Shown piece after piece: positions 25,301-37,300 of a DNA stretch of 60,000 nt. The stretch's first letter is position 1; every line of letters begins with the position of its first letter. The translations under genes and the position numbers were made by a program. Source of the DNA: Lytechinus pictus (taxonomy: Eukaryota); assembly GCF_037042905.1 (NCBI RefSeq), contig NC_087252.1, forward strand, positions 6,574,001-6,634,000, in the 5' to 3' direction. The notes beneath the pieces are model-generated. The model was not told the origin of the DNA. It did no database searches and worked only from the letters and a program-made list of their open reading frames with translations.

Positions 25301-28300
25301 AAATTAGCGATGAATCGCTAACCTTTGTGTTATGGGGCCTAGGGACCTGTTGCATAAAGAGTTGAAATCACTTGCAAGTCCATAAATCAATCTCAATTTG
25401 ATCTTCACCCAATCAAAAGCACCCATTCGTGATTTCGTTTGGTATTTTGAATTGCCTTCAAATTTTTCTCAATTGCTTCTTACTGATAAATTTGCTCTGG
25501 GCCAATCATATGCAAAGATTTCAGTAGCTTTTACCAATAGGCAGTGAGAAACACTAACTATTGTTTTATGAAATGCTTCCCATGTGAACAAATGCTAGGA
25601 CATTGCAAGTTAAATTTTTGTCATATGGGCCATTCCGGTTAAGGAGAGAAAACGGCAAGGTCAAAATCGAGCCCCTCCCCCAAAAATATATATCAACATA
25701 AGAAATTTGTAGTGAGTGAATTATTATTCACCAGTCCTGTAGAGATAGCAGTGATAACTTCAAGACGGAAATTTTTTTCATTGTTGAGAATTTTACGATT
25801 TAAGTATGAATTTCTCCCCAAAAATGTACTGAAAATTTGGACAAACAGAATATATACTTAAACAAACTGGAATAAAACAAAATTAAAGACAAACGTGATG
25901 GAGTTGGATTACCATAAAGAAGTCTGATGTGTATGTTTGTTGATAATTCCAACTAAATTGTTGACATGTTTTACGTTTCAGAAATATTGCCGTTTGAAAA
26001 ACTAGTATTGAGACGTTACCATGTCCGTCCCCTGATATTAGATTCATTAATCTCTTATTATATCGAGCCTGTAAATCATCTTGTCTTTCTTAACCTTATC
26101 ATATTATACACTCATTAGGACTCTTTCAATCCCATATGGTATGATCAGATATTCCATGTACGAGAGATATGAAAATGTACTTTCAAAAATCTGATATTTT
26201 TGTCCGTCCCCTTCGTAACGTCCCAACTTTCAAGTTTCTACCACACACACGATACGAGATTCATCTCAAAAGTTCTTGAGCACGTGCGCCGGTCAACCCT
26301 GTTCATACACATACAAAATTTTCCATGTGTGTTTTCAGTCACGTAGTCCAAGGGAGAAAAAAAGCATGTCCGTCCCTTCAATATGTTTGCCGTAACGTCT
26401 AAACTTTCGTGCTTTGTCTTGGGTGATTGTTATGTTTTGGTGTTGATTTCTCGTATTTTGTCGCGGTGTGTTGATTGATTAGTGATATTTTTCCGTACTA
26501 CCCTCATTTCTAAACGTATTTGTAAAGATATCCAATGATTTTCTTTCTTTATTAGAATATAATTTGCATTTACTTGAATATATGTTATCAAATTACGACG
26601 ACCTAAATATTGATGATTATTACAAATATTAAGGAAAAATCTACGTAATTCTAAAAATGGCCGGGAATGTAGTAATCAAGAGATGTAGTCTTGTTGGGAG
26701 TTTCATTCTGAACAAACAAATAAAAAAAATATATATAGTTAAGGAGATAATCCGGACAATTATATAGATATCATGACGACGTTACTCATTTGATGTGGAC
26801 ATGATTTGAGGGTGTCCACCGTCGCGTCTCAAACTAAAAAAGTTTACTTACATGCATAATCGATACTTTTATTTAATTCTGATCTACAATCATATCTAGT
26901 TGGCAAGATTATCGAATTCTTATTCTTCATAATGCTGCAAAATAAAGCAAGAAGTTTTCTTACCTTTTTGCCATGCTTCACCTTCGCTAGGACGTTATTC
27001 TGAATCACAAAGACATGTCCAATATTTTATCCAATGACGTCCAAATTGTAAAAACGGCACATCGTACATTATCTACTCTTTTATAGATAAAATGTGTATT
27101 TCCATAATAAATCTTACGACTGCCCATACCTTCCGAGACACTTAAAAAGGTTTTATAAATTTTACATGTAAACAAAATGATGTAAAAGGCACTAGAACAG
27201 ACTAGACGTTATGATCTCCATGAGGACACTGTAGAATTAAATGTCCGCAATAACGTCCTCGTAACAATTATGTATTTTACCATATTTAGTTTTATATTTA
27301 TTTCAAAAACATATCAAAATCTTCTAATCGTTCTCAGAAAAAACGTTTAAATCACAATCAGGCTTTACGTTTATAAAGTGATCACCGTATGTGATGTTTA
27401 TGGCTGCTCTCTTTACTTCAGACGTTATGATTTTAAACGACAATGTCTTCCGTAACGTCGCACGACTTTTACACCATAATTTGTTGCTGGTGATTCTTTA
27501 GATTTAGGTGGTTGTTTTATTCACATGAATTCATGAAATAGTGCTTTCAAGCAACTTTGATTTTCTGTTCTAGAATTAAAAAAAACAATCGAAAGATATA
27601 AAAACTACAAATTAGACGTTACGACTTTGACGATGGACATTGCCAAAAATGTGTCGCATATATAATTTTAATAATGCTTGAAATTGTCTTTATTTTCATT
27701 TGTTTTACCTCGCAATAAACTAGTATTCAAGAGTTGAAAAAAAAAGTTAATTTAGGCATACAGTATCAAGCGATGCACGATGTGACAAGTGTCCTTTTAA
27801 GACGTTATTTATTCTTTTTAATATTCCACAATGTCTCATATAAAATTCAGGATTTTTGGAAAGTGGCGGCTAAATTTTTTGACATCGAGGGCTGCGAAAC
27901 GGGATGAAAGTCGGGGGGGGGGGTGGTCGACCATGCAAAAAAAAATCAAAATCAGATGTTTTTTTCTGATGGGATAAAGCCATCCCAGCGCCCCCCCCCC
28001 CCGTTCTGGGACCCCTGGTATCAGCGGCGGTTTGGATTTAGGTGCCCAAATTATGTCAATGTTGTGTGGCCAATGTTGTAATTCGAATTGTGACAGAATT
28101 CCATTTTCTTCTCTTTTGACAATAAAATTATAATCTTGCTTTAATCAAATGTATTTTATTTTATTTTATTTTGGATTCTGAAACAAATGTATTGAATAAA
28201 CATATTTTAATGGTTCGCTACCTAAAAAGATATTTTATACGGTTTCATTTGTTCCTGAATGTACCATGCGGCGGATCCGGATATGACAAGGGGCTCAAAC

Positions 28301-31300
28301 TGATGACTTCCCAACAAAATTGATATTTTTTAATGTTCTAAAACTATTCAAGTTGGTTTTTGGACGTTTTGTGTAAACATTTTATGGAAGTCAACATGTG
28401 GTAGGTTTTAGACGTTTTAACACCTTTTTTTAAACGTCAAAATAACCCCCTCCCCCAAAAAAAACATTTAAAAAACTTTCGGAAGTTCGATGAGATGATG
28501 ATGGTGATGATAATGATGATTGATGGTGATGATGATGATAATGACAATGAAGGTAACAATTTTGCACAATGGAGATCCGATTAATGGTCGTAATGACAAG
28601 AATGATGTGAAATCATTTTAACAAGCTTTCTGCCTTTTTATTGCATCCCCGATTTCCTATCAATTATCTTTCAATTTGTATGAAATATGTGCCAACAAAT
28701 AATATCACTTTTGTTTAAATTTATTAGATTTTTATTCTCATTGTTATATTCTCGATCTTTGTCTGATGATTATTTTATCACCCAGTACTTTTAATGAATT
28801 TGAAATAAATGCTGAATTGATATTGACAACTCATTGTAGCATGAATAATCGGCATTATAGGCCTACGCAATAAAAAAGATGGTTCATTGAGGGCAGAAAT
28901 TCTGTCAAAGGATGCATTTATAAACGATACAAGACACAAAATTATTTTTTTAAAGACACATCACGCGAGACTTTTTACCTTTTATTATTTTCTTTTCCAA
29001 TTTCATTCAAGGATTTCATCACGAAATTGTTATTTAAAAAAAGACACATCACGCGAGACTTTTTTCCTTTTATTATTCTCTTTTCCATAATTTCATCACA
29101 GCATCAATCAATCAAAACATTCACAACCTAAATTATAAAGAAATAAAAATAATTCTTATCAGGCGCTTTTCCAAAAGTTGAAAAGTGATATACATCAGCC
29201 ATTAAAAACAAATTGATTGCATGGATGTAACCACGTTATTTTGATATTGTTCCTATTTTCAATCAAATTTATTTGTTTATTCTATACATTATATTTCATT
29301 AGTTACTTTTAGTTCTTTCGTTAGAATTTATCTATTTCAATTTTATGATTATCAATTCTCCCCCCCCCCCCGTAATGTTACCGTGTCATTAATTTGCGTT
29401 GAAACAGTCACATCGTTTGTAAAGCCGAGAAAATTTCCTTTTCTTTTTTTTTTTGAAAATTTGTTCCTTCATTAGCACCGTAACGTCTCAACTGGGGACA
29501 CGCGAATTGTCTTCGCCACAGCGAAGAATTGCTGCACAAAACTCGATGTTTCTGTCTTTTATTTACTGGTATTTCATCAAATATCAGAGATGTTTGTCAT
29601 TTAAAGGCACTTTCAAGTCATATTTTGGAATTATGCAATTTATTTCGATATCGCTTAGAGTAACGTCCCAACATACCGGCGTATCGAAGATTGCGCTTGC
29701 TACTGAGCTTGGCAGCGCAAACTAGTGCTTCGATCACCTCCGAGTTTCTTCTATGATCGACTTTATGCGTAAAAACAACGAAAATTTTCCTTATTTATTC
29801 ATTTTTATGCATGTCCACTCGGGAAGAGTAACGTCCCAACATTTTTAGAAATAAGGTGATATTGTGAAATAGACATGCCAGCTTATCTTTTCCTTATCTG
29901 AACCAGTTTACCGATGTGTTGGCCTATCTAAAACACATGAAAAACCAAGCCTAGCGAGTACTTTATTTTTCGACCCCTTTGTCCAAGTCTTAACCGGAAT
30001 GGCCCATATACAGGTTTTAAGAATTATTTTAAGACTTATTTTGTCTTCTTTGGCTCCCCCACAATAATGTACATTTCTTTGTATTATTTTTGAATCCCCT
30101 ACTCAGTTCACTTTCCTTTTCAATTATGTTTGTTTCCTATTTTGTACAAATTTGTATTTTTTTATATTATTGTGGAAATAAATGATTTGATTTGATATAC
30201 AGGTGTCTCTACCTATTGTGAAATCATGTATGTTACTTTCAATGCAAATATATGTTATGTTTATTTCACATGAAAATACTAAAGTGAACTCACCTGGATG
30301 GGGTATGGGCTAGGGCAGTCTGTGGACTTTATTTATTTGGTTAACTTTGCCCCATGCCTGGCAGCTCATCCAGATGAATCCAGTGTTTAATTATTTTTAT
30401 GTTACTGTATTGTTATTTTGTTATTGTAACAATAATTTTTTATCATTCTATTTGAATTGTTTGATATTCTGCCAAATAAAATAATAATTTGCATCACAGA
30501 AATCTTTTGACGTAGGCGAAATTTGACTTTATAGAAGATGTTATTAACACAGTTTACATATTCTTGGGCCTGTTTAAAAAAAAAAAAAAAAGAATTAAAA
30601 CTATGGTAACTTTATCATTATTGTAACTGCCATAGAATCCTTGATTGTGACTAGCTGCTAAGCCCTGTAACCATGGTAGTTGCAACAATTTCAAGTTTAA
30701 GATTTTTATAAATCTTTATAAAATAGGCACCTGTTTTGAAATAAGGTTTCAAGTTAGGCGCTTTTGACTTATGCAGTCTACTGTATGTCTTGTGTTCTTG
30801 ATAGGTGAGCTACCTCCAGATTCAGAGGAAGAGCTGGTGACCCTTTTTAAGCAGTGGTTAGACACACTGCCAGGCATGAGAGCAGTACCACCAAAACCTA
30901 AAGAAGTGTGCACCAGTGCCAGCACCACTACCACACCAACAACTAGGTGAGTGCCTGCCTGTACAGGGCCTCTATCCGCTGAATCATAAAGCCAAAGGGG
31001 AAATTATGAGAATACGAGTTTGAGAAGATTTACCTCAAGAGAGGATGTGTTTATGGATAAATTATTATTCATTTGAAGTCCCTAAAACCATGTGGGGCCA
31101 ATTATCTGAAAAAACCCCTACGTATATTTACCCTTCCTCTCCCCAATTTCACTGAAATATCTTAATAATTTTTCTCAGAATGATAATTCAAATTGTTGAT
31201 CGTATTTGGAAATAACATTGGATTCCATTCGGCAGATAAGTTGGATAAAACAACTATGCCATGAAAGTGTACCTTTGGAAGAGCATAGGGACTTTGTTTG

Positions 31301-34300
31301 ACAATGTGATATGTGCTATACAAGATCTGTGCATTATTTGTTTTATGTAGTTTACCATTAGATTCTCTTTCATAATAGTCTCGGCTCAGAAAATTATGAG
31401 ACCCGCCACTGGGCAGCAAGCCATAATAACCAGCATTTATGAGGGTTTACAAATTCTTGTGCAATTAAGACACTCCTTGCTTCCTCTTGTTCCTGTCTTG
31501 AGCATCCTCCTCATCGAGTCCATCCTTAAAGCCTTCCTTCTTCATGTAATCTATGGTCTTCCCTTTCCTCTTATGCCATCCATTTCAAGATCCCATGCTC
31601 TTTTCACAGGTTCACCATCTTCCCTCCTCAACATGTGGCCCACCTACGTCAGCCACCTCTCTTTACCACTTTCACAACAGTTTCTTCCAAGCCCCAACTT
31701 TCCATGTGGTAATTTATGTTCTTTTCATCAGATATTTTAACCCTTTCCCTTTTATCACCACTGGGTGGGAATCGCTGGATAAGGTAAAGTGTCTATGCAT
31801 CATTTGTTTTTTCTTTCCAGTGTCGCCCATGATACGCCAGATATGGTGGAGACCAAGGTTGTGTTTCCTAGCTTTGCAGAACAGGTTAGTAATTTTAGTA
31901 ATTTATCTTTCAAAGGTTTGGTTATTTTCATGTATGAAGATCTTGCATTATGTTTCATAAAGCCAGCCAAAACGAGACTCATGATCTTGGTGATAATGGC
32001 AATGAGGCTGATGATGATGATGATGCTGAGGATGATGATGATGATGGTAGAGATAGTGATGTAGGTGATCATGATGGTGGTGATGCTGTTGATGATAATG
32101 ATTTGGAGGATAATTGTAGTGGAAAAGATGATGGAGCAGCGATAATGATGAGGATGAAGAGGATGATGATGGTACTGATGATGATGTTGAATTGGTGGTG
32201 GTGATAACGAAATGGTAGTGGTGATGATGTTGATGACGATGGCGGTGATGATGATGATGCTGATGATGTGATTGGAGTTTAGGGCCACAAGGAAAAAAGT
32301 CACATAAGTCATAAGTCACGTAAGTAAGTGATCGGCCTCACAAACAGGAGTGACGATGATCTGATCACACTATGTACAAGAGGCCAAATCTCACCGGGGT
32401 CGTCATATGTAAATTGCAGAAGTTAAGCGTGTCATACATGTATATATCTGATCTGGCACTTGTAGAGGCTTAGTGGAAGCATATATTTGACTGTGAATTC
32501 AAGAATCCATCTATTTCGGTAAAGTATTAAGTCACACATCACTTGACTCCAATACATAATCCATCAATAACTTACTATCTTTACTACAGGAGAGAGAGAG
32601 ATACAGTCAACCTCATAAGGCCTTTGTCTACAAGATGCCAGAATACGAGGCTATCGTCGCTCCGGTCAAGGGTGTGTTTGCAAAGGAGACCACACCTAAC
32701 AAAGCCAGGGAACATGCCCTCCTTATTTCAGACCGACCATCGTATGTCACTATTCTTTCACTAGGTAAAGGCATAAAAATATAATTGAAGTTACAACAAT
32801 TAAGTTTGAAAGACAAGAACTCAGTTAATCATCACGGTTTATACTAGACTTGCCGTAATTTGATGGATTCACAATACAGTGCGACACCTATTGTTTGAAG
32901 CTGACAGACCAAAATTCGCAATGCCTATTGGGAAAAATCTGATGTCTGTTGCGTGCACTATAGTGCATGCATGCGATTATGCTGTGCCGGCCGACGCAGC
33001 TCGGCAGGCATGCATAAAATTATGCTGTTAACTAGGGCCCAGAAGGTGGGAGAGAATTTTGTCACATTTCTCTTTGCAAAATTTGTTCCGTTTTTGGTGA
33101 ATTCTTCCTCGGCTTTTGCCATATGTTTTTCAGTTTTAAGGTATCACAGTCACATTACAGTATACTAGCACTGTGCGCTGCCTGCACCTGTGTGTGATGT
33201 CGACCTCGAAGTTAGAAATGGCCTGTCCTCTGCAACTGATAGATGGTGCACCGTATTGTGAATTCAACAAAGTGCCTATGGGGTTGGTAAATTGCCACTT
33301 AGTCGAAACAGGCTCCATCTACTCTCTGTTTGGTCTAATCCTTCATGGTCTAATCCTTGTTAAAGTGATTGGTTAACATTGGTTTGACTTTTAAAAAATC
33401 TGAGCTAGAAGGTCACATTTGTCACCTGTGTCTGTGATATGTTACAAAAGTGAAGCCGAGAAAAAATTGCGTTCGAAAATAATTATTTAGTGCTTCAAAA
33501 ATTGAAATATAAAGTGACCGAAAACACCATCTTAATTTCATCCCATACACTTATGTGTACTAAATAGACGCCTATTTACAAAATCAGGGTTTGCCTTGTA
33601 GTTTTAGCTTTACATTCTCAATAATGGTTGTTTTCAGGGTTTATTAGTTCTAATACATGCACTTGTACACATGTTTCATCTTGGTTTGAGAATTTTTTAA
33701 ATCGGCTGCTCACAAAGTTAAACAATACCTTTAATCTACAATTTGCTTTTCTACATTTCCCATTGTTTAGTCTATGATGAAGTGTGAAGATTAGCAATGA
33801 TAAGCTGCTTGTGTGATTCCTGAGGGAAAGATTGAAACCTTGCATTGCATTAAGTGCCTTTAGAAGCTGGAGCTACAGCTTGGGTACTACATAGTACGCC
33901 ATTGAATAGGGATCTAGATAATTTGGGCCTCAAAAATGCTTTTTATTATTATTAAAGACATGGCTTTGACTTGACAAGGTGCCCAAAGCAAAAGGCAAAG
34001 TAACTGCAATTAATTCTTACCTGTATTCCACCGTCATTGTTTTGATCCCCAGTGCGAGATGCAGTAGCAAGACTCCCGAACGGCGAGGGGACCAGAGCCA
34101 CTGTTTGTGAGCTTTTGAAAGACTCCCAGTATCTGGCGGACTCCAGCGATTCTCAGATCAATAATGTTGTCAGCGGCGCTCTTGATAGGCTTCATTATGA
34201 GAAGGATCCGTGCATCAAGTATGATGTGAATCGAAAACTCTGGATTTACCTTCACAAAGATCGCACCATCGAAGAATTTGGTAAGGAAGTCATCAAAAGT

Positions 34301-37300
34301 AGATGTTGTGTGTGACTTTAATCACTGTGTTTTTGCTAAAATTGTCATCATTGTGTTATTGTTGTTAGATTATAGTTATCCTTACGATTTTAATGATAAT
34401 ATCTTGTACATCATCATCATGGTCATCTTCATCATCTTCTTCTCTTTTTCTTTTTTTCTTATTCCTCTTCTTTATTATCTTCTTTTTCTTCTTCTTCTTC
34501 ATCTTCTTTACATTTTATACTATTTAGAATGTTTTTTTGTAATTTCTTGTAATTATAAATGTGTTTGATATAGAAATTATGACTTTCACTAAAATGACAT
34601 GCAGAGTGAAAATTCGTACTTAAGTTTTACTTTTATAAATCTTTTTATAAATTTTATACATTGTTTTTCATTTTCTTTTTATTTTCATTTTTAGAACGCC
34701 TTCACATGGAGCAAGGTGCTGAAGCTAAGGCAAGGAAATCAATAGCTCGCCAAACTAAACTCCTTCCTAAAATGGCAGTAAGTAACATCTTGAAATATCC
34801 CACATAATATTTTGCATTCCTTTTCATAGTTTGTAGTCTCCTTTAATTGTCAAAATCAACCTTGTATTGCTTTCCATGGATTGCCAACTTGTCATTCAGG
34901 TCGTTTGAATTCTGAATTAAACTCTGTACAAAAGTCAATTTGTTGTTGTTTTTGCAATTGAATGAGAAAAAGAGATTACAGGGGGCAAGGGGGGATTTTT
35001 TATTCCTGAATCTCTACTTAGCTAAGCATGTTTTTATACTTAGTTTTACAATTGCATGTTCAGCCCTACTCCTTGACTGTGGACCAGCTTGTATAAGAAT
35101 CACTGGGGAAGAAGTATTAGTTTCATTGACAGTGACAAATTAATTGTGGAAAAAATTTCCAGTGTGGAAAGCATATTACATTTGTTACAAATGTTATGGC
35201 AGTTCCATTTCCTAATCTTATATTCCGTATTTGTATTTCATTTGCACAACAGTCTGGTCTTCGAGATTCTCCTATCAATTTCCAAGCTTCTAGACCTGGG
35301 TCAGCCATGAGTGATACCAGCAGTGAGAACCTAAGCATTGAAGTCTGCAGCCCGAAAGCATCTCCCGGTAGAGCATCCAGTCCTAAGACCAGTCGCAAGA
35401 GTCCTGCTTATGCTAAGATCAACCCTGTCTCTGGATTTCATGGAGGATTAGACTTGGGAAAAGGCGACCATCCAGGATCTTCTGGCACAGTGTCGACAAG
35501 CAGCGGGAAGCTGGTTTCTGCTCAGGCACCGGGCCAAGCTCCGTTTGTCATCAGCCCACAGAAGATAAACAGTCTTCAGTCCGCATTGAAAGGACTTCAT
35601 CAGAGTCCCGCTGCTGGTCAGATTGGTGGAGGGGATAACTTGATGCGAGCGCAGCTTCTGGCAGCAAAGGTGTCTGAAGGTACTGCACCTGCCTTTGGGC
35701 CCCAGGGAATAGTGATGCATGATGTTGGTCGATCCGTTGGTTCCATTGCAGATATCTTGAGAGGAGCCGTAGGTTCCGCAGGAGACATGGCACCAAGTTC
35801 TTCTGGCAGTGGGTTAAAAGAGATGCCAAAGTTCATGAAAAGCATGTCAGTTCCATGTACCCTTCCTGATGGGAAGGTAGTGATGATTTCCCCAGAGTTA
35901 CTGATGCCAAGTGCGAAAGCAACAAAGAAAAGATCAAGGAGTGGAAGTGGAGGAAGGAAGAAAGGAAACCCTCTGCAGTCATCTGAAGGAGCCTTAACGG
36001 GTAGTGGTGCTACAGATCTGAGCATGTTGATCAACTCCAATATTATCACCCAAACATCTGTCACTGTTAGCCAGGGTACATCTAAGGCTAGTCGGAAGAG
36101 TGTGACACCACCTACCTCAGTCACACTTGGAACAAACAAACTAGCTACTGTGAGTGAGGCTCTTGCTCAGAAACGAGCTGAAGCAGCTCTGCAGAGTGGC
36201 AGACAGCAAGGGAGAGGACAGTCTACTATCACATTACCCCCTGGAGCACTCAAAGGACAGACTGTTAAAAGCATTCTGGCAAGCGTAGGAATCCCTCTCT
36301 CAGGTGCTTCAGTCACTGTATCGAGGATTGATACTCCAGGTTCATCGTCATCTGCAAAACAGGCCTCTGGAAAGAGCAAAGACAGCAGAAAATCCCCAGT
36401 ATTTTCTGGAGTAAACATCTTAAGTAGTCAACCAGCTACAAAAGGAAGACCATCTTCTGCACCATCTATGAGTGGGAAGAAGTCCCCCATTACAAGTATG
36501 CATCATGCTATAGGCCATCAGGCGATTGGCTTGACCACAGTTACCAAAGGAGGGCAGATTGTGGTCCAGCCAGTTGCTTTGGGGATAGAACGACCTGGCT
36601 CTGCAGCATCACCTGGCATCGGAAGACAATCCTCAAGTCCAGCTGCACAAGGACTTACCCTCAAGGCTATACCTGTATCAATAGCAAAGCAACATAGTCT
36701 GTCTGCTTCTCAAGACTCTCGGAAGATGCAACATCAAAGTACCTCGGAAGTCATCAATATAAGTCAAGGTGACAGCAGTGGCTCAGGCAAGAGCAAAGTA
36801 AGAAAAAGAGGTGATGGTAAGCACATTTCAGCAGCAACTGCAGCTGCTGCTCTTGCCCAAGCAGGCAAGATGTCAGCGGGAACCGAGCTGAAGGATCTTG
36901 CATCTGTTCCTCTGTCAGTCTTGTTTCCAGGAGCCCGGCAAGGAGGCAGTCAGAAAGGTGGCCTGCCCGTACTGACCCCATTTTTACCAGGAGGCCAGAT
37001 TCCATTAGCAAGCTTAACAGATGGGAAAGGAGGGGTTGTGTTCCAGATGCCTCATGGTTCAAATATCATGTCTTTACCTGTATCTGGAGTACCTGTCAAT
37101 CCTCAAAGGACAACAGGTAGTAGCATATCTATATCAACAACCAGTCCCTCATCTACAGTTGCCCAGAGTGCAAGGCAACTTCCCCAGCACAGCTCTTCAG
37201 GAGCAAGAACTTCACCTGCCCTTCCTTCTAATATAGTGTCTGCCACTATTCGGAGTGCCCTTGCAGCAGCTCAGTCCAGAGCTAATCCCCAGCAGGGGCT

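Noticed and set aside
31789..32319. His-, Asp- and Ile-rich ORFs
   Set aside because: They derive from a degenerate (GAT)n microsatellite; only 31821-31884 fits the gene model.
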